A DNA stretch of 64,000 nucleotides, taken from assembly GCA_038087875.1 (NCBI GenBank), contig JAXLNO010000087.1, forward strand, positions 124,001-188,000, in the 5' to 3' direction. A program made the translations under genes and the position numbers. The DNA is from Malacoraja senta. Lineage: Eukaryota. The stretch's first letter is position 1. The number at the start of each line of letters is the position of its first letter. Below the pieces are notes generated by a model. The model was not told where the DNA came from. It did no database searches and worked only from the letters and a program-made list of their open reading frames with translations. Below, in pieces: positions 12,292 through 25,960 of the stretch.

Positions 12292-13446
12292 CTGGAAACA
12301 CAATAATATTTTTTACATCAATTCACTTGTTAATCAAAACCACAAAATTAAGAATCTCTGGCCTTGTGCATTCACAATGCCCGCTGACAGCAGAACTGAA
12401 AGTAAGAAATATCACCAACCTGTGACAAGAAATCTTTGGTTTACAAATCATTCTGAAGTGACAGAGACTTTCACATTTATAGTGGTGGAAATGATAGTTA
12501 GACTGACAAATTAATTTGAAAACAAAATGGCAAGTACAGTCCCTTTGGAGCCTTAAATATGAATGAACTAAAGTAGTAGAACAATCACGTCCTCAACCAA
12601 TGTCATAGAATATAGAATAGTACAGCATAGGAACAGGCCTGCCCACTCGGTGGGCCGAAGGGCCTGTTTCTACGCTGTATCTTTAAACTAAACCTTGAAT
12701 CCCACTAATTGACAAGAAACTGACTTATAACATTTTCAAAAACCATCAACATTTCTTGCTCCATGAACGATAACTGTTTAGCATTAATTTCAACCTGCCA
12801 ATCTTTACACCTTTCATTTCCCCATATTAAACAGCATCAGATCTTTCGTTAGGTTATCCAGGTCAAAATGTTTTGATAACATATACCATCCCCAAAACAA
12901 TGGTCAACTGTCCCTGCATATACAAATTTGTATATATTATCCAATGTTATCCATTTAGTAGTTCTCCAATCTATCGTTGGCAACCTCTTGACTTTAGGTT
13001 TATTATCAGCACATGTACTGAGGTACTGAAAAGCTTCCTCTCCACATCCACTCTATCCAAGCCTTTCACTATTCGGTCAATTTCAACGAGGTCCCCCCTC
13101 ATTCTTCAAAACTGCAGATTTTATCACTATAAAAGAAAAAATTGCTTGCTATTGATTTAAGTTATCAAGAGGTACACAAAGATCAACTAAGCAGTTTGCT
13201 GATTAAGCATAGTAAATTAATTAAAATTCCACTAGCAGTGAGAAATGGAGAATGTAATGATGCACCAGGCACGATATTACCTGGAACGTGGCAAGAGCAG
13301 TTATGAAAGGATGGGCAGAATTTCCCTAGAGAAAATTCAAAATGTTACATGTTTTCAAAGCAGTTAACTTAAATACAGATACTGCCAAGAGGTTTTCATG
13401 CACCTGATGTTTAACTTTAAACAGTTAGGTAGATTTATCGGCATAC

Positions 13447-13873
13447 CTGAAGTCAGAAACTGCAGAATTTGTGTTGAAATGATGGTACTTCTTCAATCTT
13501 TTGGGAGGCTGACAAAATGAACGGTCGGTATAACTAGATGACGTTGAATTGGCAGTCGCATGATTGGCAAATTTATTAAAACTACTTTTTATCTGATGGT
13601 TAGAATTCAACGTATTTGCAGTGCAATTCTCAACCACGGCTAGAAATGCAGGATTCCCATCTGGTGATAACGTGTTCCCTTTCACTTCATTTCCTGCAGA
13701 GGAACAGGAGGCAGGACTCTTCTGGGAGCTCCTAAGTGACGTCAGGACCAGTGTCGTCACACCAAACGCTGCTCTGCGATTGAGCTTCAATTCCACGAGG
13801 GGTTTACCAAAGTTGTTACATTGGTACTTTATGAGATTCATATAAAAACAAAACTTCTGAGGTGATGCTGCCT
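13447..13873 (-). pseudogene. NEIL3: NEIL3 exon 8
   Basis: 427 nt open frame containing LIKYQCNNFGKPLVELKLNRRAAFGVTTLVL (human LMKYPCNTFGKPHTEVKINRKTAFGTTTLVL); ttttag/gtatgc flanks. Confidence 0.9.
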
Positions 13874-14287
13874 CTAAAAATAAAAACAGTTAATATTACT
13901 CATCATAAATCATTTGCAGAATCACTAAAAAGAGAGGTATTGTTGTTATATGAGATATTCAAGTTTAACATCGTAGGAATATTAAGCGATTCCGATTTGA
14001 TCTGAAACTTAAATTTTCTTATGGAAGTGGAAAGGTATTTTTAACTGATTTACCCACTAAGCCATTGAACGAAATTCATTGTATACCTAAGCTCACTAAA
14101 CTTTCAGCTTTGTTTAGATTAGTGATACAGCATGGAAACAGGCCCTTCAGCCCAAACCGACCTGTTCATACTAGTTCTATCGCACTTTCTCATCCACTCC
14201 CTATACACTAGGGTCAATTTAAAGAGGGCAGATTAACCTGCAAACCTGCACGTCTTTGGGGTGGCCTTTATAACAAGGCCACTCCAC

Positions 14288-14925
14288 ATGTTGGCCTTTA
14301 TAACAAGAGGAATCGAATATGGGAGCAAAGAGGTCCTTCTGCAGTTGTACAGATCCCTAGTGAGATCACACCTGGATTATTGTGTGCAGTTTTGGTCCCC
14401 TAATATGAGGAAGGACATTCTTGCTATTGAAGGAGTGCAGCGTAGGTTTACAAGGTTAATTCCCGGGATGGCGGGACTGTCATATGCTGAGAGAATGGAG
14501 CAGCTGGGCTTGTACACTCTGGAGTTTAGAAGGATGAGAGGGGATCTCATTGAAACATATAAGATTGTTATGGGCTTGGACACGCTAGAGGCAGGAAACA
14601 TGTTCCCGATGTTGGGGGAGTCCAGAACCAGGGGCCACAGTTTAAGAAAAAGGAATAAGCCATTTAGAACGGAGATGAGGAAACACTTTTTCTCACAGAG
14701 AGTGGCGAGTCTGTGGAATTCTCTGCCTCAGAGGGCGGTGGAGGCAGGTTCTCTGGATGCTTTCAAGAGAGAGCTAGATGGGGCTCTTAAAAATAGCGAA
14801 GTCATGGGATATGGGGAGAAGGCAGGATCGGGGCACTGATTGGGGATGATCAGCCATGATCACATTGAATGGCTGTGTTGGCTCGAAGGGCCGAATGGCC
14901 TACTCCTGCACCTATTGTCTATTGT
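14288..14925 (+). mobile_element. CR1 LINE 3' fragment in NEIL3 intron 7
   Basis: MLAFITRG...[11 protein letters not shown]...; CTATTGT tail. Confidence 0.92.
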
Positions 14926-15062
14926 TGAATGTTACATTTGTAACAGTAATAAACCTCTTGAAAAAGCCATGGGACGTGAAGACATTAAATGAAATGTACA
15001 AGTTAAATCAATAATAAATAGGTATGACTAAAATAGGGTTGACCCATTATAAACGCACTTAC

Positions 15063-15232
15063 TGGCAGGCCTCTGTGTTAAACAGGCATCACATGATTTG
15101 GCTGCTGGTGCATTGATTAGAGTACAAAGCTGACACGTCCACTCTTCCTCTTCTTGTTTGGCAATGGTATCAGTAGACTGACCTGGAGAGCCCTGTGCCC
15201 AAGTGACCAGGCTATTCCGGTGAGGAAAATTA
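15063..15232 (-). pseudogene. NEIL3: NEIL3 exon 7 (RanBP2-type zinc finger)
   Basis: 170 nt, NFPHRNSLVTW...EEWTCQLCTLINAPAAKSCDACLTQRP, aacag/gtaagt flanks. Confidence 0.93.
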
Positions 15233-16579
15233 CTGTTTAGAAACAAAATTTGTTTAGGCTCAGCTTTGCATGTAATCCAATCTGATTAGATAATACTAGA
15301 CATAAATACAATCAAGTCAAACTTAAATACAACAGATAGAGCAAAAGGGAAGATACAGAGTGCAGAATATAGTTCTCAGCATTGTAGCGCATCAGTTCCA
15401 GAAACAAAGGCCAATGTCCGCAATGGGGTAGAGGTGAATTGGACAGTAGCCCAGCCTGATAACAGAGGGAAAGAAGCTATTCCCGAGTCTGGTGGTGCAT
15501 ACTTTCTTCTGTGTCTCCTGCCTGACGAGAGCAGGGAGATGAAGGAATAACCAGGATGGAAAAGGTCTTTGATAACATTGGCTGCCTTCCTGACGGAGAG
15601 TGAAGAGTAGATTAGTTAATGGTGGGAAATCTGGTCAGTGTGATGGACTGGCGGCATCTACAACTCTCTGCGATGTGTTGTGATCTTGGACAGAGTTGTT
15701 CCCAAACCAAGATGTGATGGTACCCGACAGTATGTGCGCAAGTTAGAGGAGCACCTCATATTTCGCTTGAGTAGTTTGCACCCCAACGGCATGAACGTTG
15801 ACTTCACTAATTTTAGATAGCCCTTGCTTTCTCACTCCTTCCCAGTTCTCCCACGTCCTACTGTCTCCGCCTACTTCTTTCCTTCTCTCCATAGACGCTG
15901 CCGCACCCACTGAGTTTCTCCAGCATTTTTTGTCTACCTTAGTATGTTTTCTATATTCATTGGTGACTCGGACTATCTTTGATCAAAATTTGCTGGCTTA
16001 ACCTTGCGCTAAACGTTATTCCCTTACCATGTATCCATACACTGTAATGGTTGTAATAATGTATTGTCTTTCTGCTGACTGGTTAGCACGCAGTTAAAAG
16101 TTTTTTACTGTACCTCGGTACACGTGACAATAAACTAAACTGAACTATATTGTATGTGTAGATGTTTGTGAAAGTCATTGGAGACATGCCAAATTTCCTC
16201 ACTCCTCAGGAAGTAGAGTCTTTTGTGTGTCTTTTTGGCTGTTGCATCAGTGGGTCTGGTTCATGTTAAAAGCCTAAATAATGCCATAGATATTAAAGTT
16301 AGATTTAGCTCTTAGGGCTAAGGGAATCAAGGGACATGGGGGGGGAAAGCCAGAACTGGGTACTGATTGGGGATGATCAGCCATGATCACATTGAATGGC
16401 GGTTCTCGTCGAAGGGCCGAATGGCCTACTCCTGCACCTATTTACTAAAACAGATTGTTCAGAAAAGAAAATGCTATTCCCCTTATAACCTTATGGGAAA
16501 AGTGTCAGAATTTAAGATTTTATTTCAATAACAGCGTGCTTATTTACACTGTATTCATGGACAATGCAATAGAGTTTAG

Positions 16580-17354
16580 AAATAAAGACACCCCCGTGTC
16601 CACCAACTCCAGAGCCAAATAAAAAACTCAGCCGGCCGGGCGGCACCTGCGAGGGAACGGACCAGGAGCCGCCCCGGGCCAGGGCCCCCCCCCCAACAGG
16701 AAGGAACCGCAGATGCAGTCGTCCCTGTAAAACGCCAAATAATTCCGGGAATGCCGAGGCAAGAGGGTGAGAGAGAGGGAGTGAGAGAGTAAGAGAGAGA
16801 GAGAGAGAGAGAGACGAGATAGGGAGCGTGAGAGAGAGCGCGCGAGAGAGAGAGGGAGGGAGGGAGAGAGCGAAAGACAGAGACACAGCGAGAGAGGGAG
16901 AGAGGGGAGAGAGACAGAGAGCGAGACAGAGGGACACCAGCCCCCCAACCCCAAGCACCGCGGCAAACCAACGCCAACAAAAACACTCATCCAGATCTTG
17001 AAACCCAAAACACCAATGGATTTAATTTGTTACAATCCCCAGAGGTACAGCATGACCCTTCCCATTCCTGCATTTTCCAAGCAGCAAGATCCCAAGTCAA
17101 CCCCACAGGGCCACCACCCCTCCATTGGCGAGTGGCATGCCAACGAAACAGGAAGTTGGGCCGATCCCGGCCGCTCCCACCTGCCCGCTGAACCTCGGCC
17201 GGTACAGCAGTGACTCATTGTTACGATTATCTTTGGTCAATTTTGCCTTGTTAAATACGGACTTTAAATAAATCTGTATTTAACAACACAAAATCGCACA
17301 TCTTATCGCATTTCCGTAGAAAATCCGGAAAATCCGTACTATTTGGCAGCTCTG
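16580..17354. mobile_element. Probable hAT-type non-autonomous DNA transposon piece with GA microsatellite
   Basis: Ends in TTGGCAGCTCTG (reverse complement CAGAGCTGCCAA, an hAT-like terminus); partner end not seen. Confidence 0.35.
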
Positions 17355-17478
17355 CAAGGACTGAAGCAGGCCTCTGAATATACAATTTTTCAACAAAGTA
17401 AAACAGGCAAACCAATTAAGGTACCCTAAGTGGTGACGCCAATGCCATCACAACCGGTTGAATGCATACAGATTGATC

Positions 17479-19243
17479 GAGCCGCTAAACCCCAATGCCA
17501 GCTGCTGAACCCCAGCGCCAGCCGCTGAACCTCAACGCCAGCCGCTAAACCTCAACGCCAGCCGCTAAACTGCAACGCCAACCGCTAAATCCCAACGCCA
17601 GCTGCTCAACCCCAACGCCAGCCGCTCAACCCCAACGCCAGCCGCTAAACCCCAACGCCAGCCGCTAAACCCCAAAGCCAGCCGTTAAACCTCAACGCCA
17701 GCCGCTGATCCCCAACGCCAGCCGCGAAAGCTCAACGCCAGTCACTAAACCCCAACGACAGCCGCAAATCCCAACGGCAGCCGCTAAACCACAAAACCGG
17801 CCGCTGCACCTCAACGCCTGCCGCTGCACCCCAACGCCAGCCGCTAACCCCCAACGCCAGCCGCTCACCCCCAACGCCAGCCAATAACCCCCAACGCCAG
17901 CCGCTAAACACCAACAGCGGCCGTTAAACATCAACGGCAGCCGTTCAACACCAACGGCAGCCGCTCAACCCCAACCGCTCAACCCCAACGCCAGCCGCTC
18001 AACCCCGCCAGCCGCTCAACCCCAGCCGCTGAACCCCAACGCCTGCAGGTAAACCCTAACGCCAGCCTCGGGACCCCAACGCCAGCCTCGGAACCGCAAC
18101 GCCAGCCTCGGAACCCCAACGCCAGCCTCGGAACCCCAACGCCAGCCTCGGAACCCCAACGCCAGCCTCGGAACCCCAACGCCAGCCTCGGAACCCCAAC
18201 GCCAGCCTCGGAACCCCAACGCCAGCCTCGGAACCCCAACGCCAGCCTCGGAACCCCAACGCCAGCCTCTGAACCCCAACGCCAGCCTCTGAAACCCAAC
18301 GCCAGCCTCGGAACCCCAACGCCAGCCTCGGAACCCCAACGCCAGCCTCGGAACCCCAACGCCAGCCCCGAAACCCCAACCACGAAACGCCAACCGCCAA
18401 CGCCAGCCGCTCAACCCCAACGCCTGCAGGTAAACCACAACGCCAGCCGCTGAACCCCAACGCCAGCCCTGGAACGCCAACGCCAGCCGCGAAGCCCCAA
18501 CGCCGGCCGTGAAGCCACAACGCCGGCCGCGAAGCCCCAACGCCAGGCTCAACCCCAACGTCAGCCGCTCAACCTCAACGCCTGCAGCTAAACCCCAACG
18601 GCAGCCGCGAAACCCCGACGCCAGCCTCTGAACCCCGACGCCAGCCTCTGAACGCCATCCGCGAAGCCCCAACGCCAGCCGCGAAGCCCCAACGCCAGCC
18701 GCGAAGCCCCAACGCCAGCCGCTAACACCCAACGCCAGCCGCTAACACCCAACGCCAGCCGCTAACACCCAACGCCAGCCGCTAACACCCAACGCCAGCC
18801 GCTAACACCCAACGCCAGCCGCTAACACCCAACGCCAGCCGCTAACACCCAACGCCAGCCGCTAACCCCCAACGCCAGCCGCTAACCCCCAACGCCAGCC
18901 GCTAACCCCCAACGCCAGCCGGTAAACCCCAACGCCAGCCGGTAAACCCCAACGCCAGCCGGTAAACCACAACGCCAGCCGGTAAACCACAACGCCAGCC
19001 GTTAAACCCCAACGCCTGCAGGTAAACCCCAACGCCTGCAGCTAAACCGCAACGGCAGCCGCTAAACCGCAACGGCAGCCGCTAAACCCCAACGGCACTC
19101 GAAACCCCAACGCCAGCCTCGGAACCCCGACGCCAGCCTCGGAACCCCCGACGCCAGCCTCGGAACCCCCGACGCCAGCCTCGGAACCCCCGACGCCAGC
19201 CTCGGAACCCCCGACGCCAGCCTCGGAACCCCCGACGCCAGCC
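17479..19243. repeat. GC-rich tandem array, 20-nt (19-21) unit CCCCAACGCCAGCCGCTAAA with blocks of variants
   Basis: Roughly 85-90 units; homogeneous runs such as AACCCCAACGCCAGCCTCGG (~18060-18360) and AACGCCAGCCGCTAACACCC (~18710-18860). Confidence 0.97.
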
Positions 19244-21295
19244 AGTTTACTCCTACTCTTTGCTTCCTGTTTGCCAGCCAGTTCTCTATCCACATCAATA
19301 CTGAAACCCCAATGCCATGTGCTTTAAGTTTGTATACTAATCTCTTATGTGGGACCTTGTCAAAAGCCTTCTGGAAGTCCAGATACACCACATCCACTGG
19401 TTCTCCCCTATCCACGCTACTAGTTACATCCTCGAAAAATTCTATAAGATTCGTCAGACATTATTTACCTTTCGTAAATCCATGCTGACTTCACCACTTT
19501 CTAAATGTGCTGCTATCCCATCTTTAATAACTGACTCTAGCAGTTACCCCACTACCGATGTTAGACTAACTGGTCTGTAATTCCCCGTTTTCTCTCTCCC
19601 TCCCTTCTTAAAAAGTGGGGTTACGTTTGCTACCCGACAATCCTCAGGAACTACTCCAGAATCTAAAGAGTTTTGAAAGATTATTACTAATGCATCCACT
19701 ATTGCTCGAGCTACTTCCTTAAGTACTCTGGGATGCAGCCTATCTGGCCCTGGGGATTTATCGGCCTTTAATCCATTCAATTTACCCAACACCACTTCCC
19801 GGCTAACCTGGATTTCAGTCAATTCCTCCAAATCCTTTGACCCCGCGGTCCCCTGCTATTTCCGGCAGATTATTTATGTCTTCCTTAGTGAAGACGGAAC
19901 CAAAGTAGTTATTCAATTGGTCCGCCATATCCTTGTTCCCCATGATCAACGCACATGTTTCTGACTGCAAGGGACCTACATTTGTTTTAACTAATCTCTT
20001 TCTTTTCATATATCTATAAAAACTTTTGCAGTCAGTTTTTATGCTCCCTGCCAGTTTTCTTTCATAATCTATTTTTCCTTTCCTAATTAAGCCCTTTGTC
20101 CTCCTCTGCTGGTCTCTGAATTTCTCCCAGTCTGCTGCTTTTTCTGGCTAATTTGTACCCATCATCCTTCGCTTTGATACCATCCCTGATTTCCCTTGTT
20201 ATCCACGGATGCACTACCTTCCCTGATTTATTCTTTTGCCAAACTGGGATGAACAATTTTTGTAGTTCATCCATGCAGTCTTTAAATGTCTTCCATTGCA
20301 CATCCACCGTCAACCCTTTTAGAATTAATTGCCAGTCAATCTTGGCCAATTCACGTCTCATACCCTCAAAGTTACCTTTCTTTAAGTTCAGAACCATTGT
20401 TTCTGAATTAACAATGTCACTCTCCATCCTAATGAAGAACTCAACCATATTATGGTCACTCTTGCCCAAGGGGGCACGTACAACAAGACTGCTAACTAAC
20501 CCTTCCTCATTACTCAATACCCAGTCTAACATAGCCTGCTCTCTCGTTGGTTCCTCTACATGTTGATTTAGATAACTATCCCGCATACATTCCAAGAAAT
20601 CTTCCTCAGCACCCCTGCCAATTTGATTCACCCAATCTATATGTAGATTGAAGTCACCCATTATAACTGTTTTGCCTTTGGCGCACGCATTTCTAATTTC
20701 CTGTTTGTTACCATCTCCAACTTCACTACTACTGTTAGGTGGCCTGTACACAACACCCACCAGCGTTTTCTGCCCCTTTCGCAGCTCTACCCATACCGAT
20801 TCCACATCCTCGAAACTAATGTCCTTCCTTTCCATTGCGTTAATCTCCTCTCTAATCAGCAACGCTACCCCACCTCCTTTTCCTTTCTCTCTATCCCTCC
20901 TGAATATTGAATATCCCTGGATGTTCAGCTCCCAGCCTTGGTCACCCTGGAGCCATGTCTCCGTGATCCCAACTATATCATAGTCATTAATAGCTATCTG
21001 CACATTCAACTCATCCACCTTATTACGAATGCTCCTTGCATTGAGACACAAAGCCTTCAGGCTTGTTTTTACAACACTCTTACCCCTTACACAATTATGT
21101 TGAAAAGTGGCCCTTTTTGATTTTTGCCCTGGTTTTGTCTGCCTGCCACTTTTACTTTTCACCTTGCTACCTATTGCTTCTACCCTCATTTTACACCCCT
21201 CTGTCTCTACGCTCACACATTTAAGAAACCCTTTCCCTTTAACTCCATCCTCCACTATCCCATTCGACACCTCACCCCCCTTATTCAGTTTAAAA
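19244..21295 (-). mobile_element. CR1 LINE ORF2 5' half (APE endonuclease and start of RT), 3' half missing
   Basis: NARSIRNK, GITETW, YRPP, MGDFN, LGKSDH, then NYRPVSLTS and YLDFQKAFDKVPH; abuts the satellite. Confidence 0.95.
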
Positions 21296-21636
21296 CCACC
21301 CGCGAGCTCTATCCAGCCGTGCAGGACAGGGCATGGCCGCCGGCAGAGCAAGGAGAGATGTCGGCGAGCGACCCGACGAGCCGCGCTGCAGAAGGTCGTC
21401 TCCCGGCGAGCCATGGTAACAAGAACAGGACCGGAGAGGTAGCTGCTGAGCTCGGCCTCTGCTCACAATGGAGAGGAGGAAGATGGAATAAAGGGCCGGT
21501 TAGTGGACCAGCGGAGGGAAGCAGGACAGGGCCTCGATGGTGGACAGGGCTGCTGGAGGCACTGCAGCAGCCTGCAAGCTAGCCAGTGCAGGCCCAGCTC
21601 GCTCGATGAGGGTAGGCTGCTGAGCCCGGCCCCTGC

Positions 21637-22890
21637 TCCTTCTTGACCTCAGCGCAGCATTTGATACTGTCGACCATACCATCCTAATTGACCGTCTCCG
21701 GTATGGGGTTGGTATTGATGGCACTGCCCTGAGCTGGTTCATCTCCTACCTCAAAGGTAGGAGTTTCTCGACTAACATAGGCAACTCATTCTCCTCCCCA
21801 GCTAATCTCTGCTGTGGGGTTCCACAAGGTTCCATCCTTGGCCCCATTCTCTTCTCCCTGTATATGCTCCCCTTAGGCCAAGTCATTGAAAGGCACAGCA
21901 TTTCCTTCCATTGCTACACAGACGATACACAACTCTATCTCCCCCTGAAGCCCAAAAACCAATCAAATCTGTTTAACCTTACCCACTGCCTCGAGGATAT
22001 AAAGTGTTGGATGGCCCAGAACTTCCTCCAACTGAACGAGAGTAAGTCTGAGGTCATCCTTCTCGGCCCCTCGGACTCAATCAAAATGATAGCAGGCAGC
22101 CTTGGAAGCCTTACCCCACTACTCAAACCTCACGTCAAAAACCTTGGTGTGATATTTGACTCAGCACTGAAATTTGACAAACAAGTCAATGCCGTGGTAA
22201 AAGCTAGCTTCATTCAGCTTCGGACGATAGCTAAAATAAAACAATTCCTCCAGTTTGATGACCTGGAAAAGATCATCCACACATTCATCTCCTCCCGCCT
22301 AGATTTCTGCAACTCCCTTTACACTGGCATCAGCCAATCTTCCCTGTCCCGCCTGCAACTGGTCCAAAACGCCGCAGCGAGACTCCTGACAGACACCCGA
22401 AAAAGGGACCACATCACCCCGATCCTGGCCTCTTTCCACTGGCTCCCTGTGCGGTTCCGTATAAACTTCAAGATCCTCCTCCATGTCTACAAAGCCCTCA
22501 ATGGGCTTGCCCCCACCTACATAAAAAGTATTCTCACACACCACTCCACCTCCAGGCCCCTCAGATCAGCCGACTTGGGGTTGCTGAATATCCCACGGTC
22601 TAGGCATAAGCTCAGGGGCGACTGCGCCTTTGCAGTTGCAGCCCCTAGACTGTGGAACAGCATCCCCTTTCCCATCAGAACCGCTCCCTCCATCGACTCT
22701 TTTAAGTCAAGACTAAAGACTTATCTATACTCCCAAGCCTTTCCTGACGTCCTCTGAGTGAGGACTACATGTATATATGTATGTAGTTTGTTATGTTTGT
22801 GCTATTCTTATAACAAATGTAAAGCACTTTGGCCAACGAGAGTTGTTTTTTAAATGTGCTATATAAATAAATGTGACTTGACTTGACTTG
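21637..22890 (+). mobile_element. L2-clade LINE 3' portion (young family)
   Basis: LLDLSAAFDTVDH, GVPQGSILGP, HCYTDD, QNAAARLL, LHWLP-like motif; tail (TGACT)n. Confidence 0.93.
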
Positions 22891-23269
22891 CTCACCACAT
22901 GGATCGGGAATCAGAGAGGGAGTGGAAGGAAACGGCAATGGTGGCAGACGCTGGACAAAGGGCCTGGTGAGAGGAACCAGGAGGGTCTAACCTTCCACGC
23001 CCTCGAGGTCCGCCCCGGGGAGCAAAGGTTTAAAGAAGGCCAGGCGTGAAGAGGGACGACGGTTCACGAGATGACCAAAATGGAGGAGACGGCTATAATG
23101 GGCCTTTGTGGCCAGCTGCAGCTGGGACTGTGAAATGGCACAAAAATTCCACCTCTTGCACATGGACTCGGTGAGTTGCTCTGTGAATACTGCACTCACT
23201 GAGGCGATTGTAGTTATGTACGGGGATAGTCTTGCAGATTTGTATGCAAAAATTTTCACAAGTTCTAGG

Positions 23270-25270
23270 AGTAGAATTAGGCCATTCGGCCCATCGAGTC
23301 CACTCCGCCATTCAATCATGGTTGATATCTGCCACCAAATCCCATTTTCCTGTCTTCTCACCATAACCCTTGACACTCATTCTAATCAAGAACTTATCTA
23401 TGCCTTAAAAACATCCACTGACAGCCTCCACAGCCCTCATTGGCAATGAGTCCCACAGATTAACTACCTTCTGACTAAAGAAGTTCCTCCTCACCTTTTT
23501 AATTCTTTAATTCTGAGGCTACGACCTCTGGTCCTAGACTCTCCCACCAGTGGAAACATCCTCTCCACATCCACTCTATCTATGCCTTTCATTATTCTGT
23601 AAGTTTCAATGAGGTCCCCCCTCACCAGTCTAAACTCCAGCGAGTACAGGCCCAGTGCTGTCAAACGCCCATGCTGTCATATGCTAACCCACTCATTCCT
23701 GGGATCATTCTTGTAAAATGCCTCTGGACCCTCTCCAGAGCCGGCACATCCTTCCTCAGATATGATGTCCAAATTTGCTCACAGTACTACAAATGTAGCC
23801 TGACCAGCGCCTTATAGAGCCTCAGCATTATATCTGTTTTTGTATTACAGTCCTCTTAATATAAATGCTAGCATTGGATTTGCCTTCCTTACTACCGATG
23901 CAACTTGCAATTTAACTTTTTGGGAGTGCTGGTGCAGAATTGCAAATCCCTTTGCACCGATTTCTGAATTCTCTCTCCATTTAGAAAATAATCTACGCCT
24001 TTATTATTATTACCAAAATGCATGACTCCGCACTTTGCTTCACTGAATTACATCTGCCACTTCTCCGCCCACTCTCCTAATCTGTCCAAGTCCTTCTGCA
24101 GCCTCCTTGCTTCCTCTACACTGCCTGCCCCTCCACCTATCTTAGCATCATCTGCAAACCTGGCCACAAAGCCTTCAATCCCATTATCCAAAACGTTAAT
24201 ATACAACGTGAATAGAAGCGTCCTCAGCACAGACCCGTGTGAAACTCCACTAGTCACTGGCAGCCAACCTGAAAAAGTGGTTTTTATTCCAACTCTTTCC
24301 CTTCTGCAATACAGCTGGCCCGCTCGCTATCCATGCTAGTATCTTCCCTTCAATACCATGGGCTCTCATCGTCCCTCGTAGCCTGACGTGTAGCACCTAA
24401 TTGAAGGCCTTTTGAAAATATAGGCAAACAACATCTACAGTCTCCCCACTGTCTGTCCTGCTATTAACTTCCTCAAAGAACAGCAGATTTGTCAGGCAAG
24501 ATCTTCCCTTCACAAAACCATGCTGATTTCAGCCTATTTTATCATGAACTTCCAATTACTGCATCACATCCTTTATAATTGACTCGAAAATCTTACCAAC
24601 CACTGAATTCGGGCTAACCAGACTATAGTTTCCGCTATTCTGCTTTGCTCCCATCAGCAGGGTGATATTCACAATTTTCCAATCTTCAGGAACCACTCCT
24701 AAAGGGCCTGTCCCACTTTCACGACCTATGCCGAGTTTGCCCTTGACTCATACCCACAGCATGGTCGTCAAGAGGTCGTAGGTAAGTCGTGATGTTAGTC
24801 GTAGGTACTCGTGGCATCAAGTAGGTCGGGGCGTTTTTCTAGCATGATGAAAAATGTCCACGAGTAAAAAAGGTTGTGAATTAGGTCGTGAAAGTGGGAC
24901 AGGCCCTTTAGTGATTCTTGAAATAACACAACTAATGCCTCCACAATCTCTGTGTCCACCTTCTTCAAAACCTTGGGGTGCAGTCCATCGGTCCAGGTGA
25001 CTTACCACCTACAGACCTTTCAGTTTTCCAACCACCTCCTTAGTAATCGCCACTCCACGAACTTCCATCCCCTGACTCTCTAGGATTGCAGGCACACTGC
25101 TGGTGTCTTCCACTGTGAAGACTGATGCAAAAAAAAGTTATGCAACTCCTCAGCCATTTCTTGATTTCCTGTTATCACTTCTCCTGCATCATTCCCCAGC
25201 AGCCCAACGTCCACTCTTGCCTCTTTTTTACTTTTTATATATCCGTAGAAATTTTTGCTATCCTCTCTTA
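23270..25270 (-). mobile_element. Older, degraded CR1 LINE
   Basis: SGVSHGSVL, RFADDAKIGG, LDRLGEWAEKWQM; many stops. Confidence 0.85.
24702..24908. mobile_element. MITE with 27-bp terminal inverted repeats, flanked by TA
   Basis: AAGGGCCTGTCCCACTTTCACGACCTA ... TAGGTCGTGAAAGTGGGACAGGCCCTT inserted in a CR1. Confidence 0.88.
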
Positions 25271-25496
25271 TATTATTGGCTAGCTTCCACTTCTCTACAA
25301 CAGGAGGGCTTCCACTTCTCTACAACAGGGCCTTCACAGTGAACGGTCGGGCCCTGGGAAGGGTTGTAGAGCAGAGGGATTTAGGATTCAAAGTACATAG
25401 CTCCCTGAAAGTGGATATTCAGCATTTCATTGGTAGTTCGAGAATGTGGTTGTAAACTATTCCTTTAGGTGAATCCATTCTGAAGATAATGATGTT

Positions 25497-25695
25497 TAAG
25501 AAGGAACTGCAGATGCTGGAAAATCGAAGGTAGACAAAAATGCAGGAGAAACTCAGCGGGTGCAGCAGCTATGGAGCGAAGGAAATAGGCAACGTTTCCG
25601 TCTGAAGAAGGGTTTCAGCCCAAAACATTGCCATTCCCTACGCTCCATAGATGCTGCTGCAGCCGCTGAGTTTCTCCAGCGCTTTTGTCTACCTT
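25497..25695. mobile_element. Fold-back Penelope terminal-repeat insertion
   Basis: Inverted arms around a mutated hammerhead core; target duplication AAGATAATGATGTT (25483-25496, 25696-25709). Confidence 0.85.
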
Positions 25696-25960
25696 AAGAT
25701 AATGATGTTGGGGACGGCAATATTTTGGCCCACTGACAAGGACGGATTATCTAGAAGACAAGAGTGTGGCTTTGGGGTGATATGGGCCAAACAAGGCCAG
25801 GTGGGACTATTGGTAGCTGGTACAGCTGGTACATGTTGGACGGTGTGGATGGGGCATCTTGGTCAGTAAGGGCAGATTGGGCTAAAGGGCCTGTTTCCAC
25901 GCTGTATCACTATGGCTCTAAGAAATTAAAATGAAACCTGCTGCTGCACAAGGGTTTTAC

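Noticed and set aside
17479..19243. CRISPR-like array, or the repetitive ORFs (GVGVPRLALGFRGWRWGSEA)n
   Set aside because: Units are contiguous with no unique spacers, there are no cas genes and the context is eukaryotic; the ORFs are by-products of a stop-poor 20-mer
20083..21414. 443-aa ORF as a host nuclease gene
   Set aside because: It is the APE endonuclease region of a CR1 ORF2 with an unrelated fused 5' end
22987..23270. Possible NEIL3 exon 5/6 remnant
   Set aside because: No minus-strand frame resembles the expected peptides or the CxxC...CxxC finger
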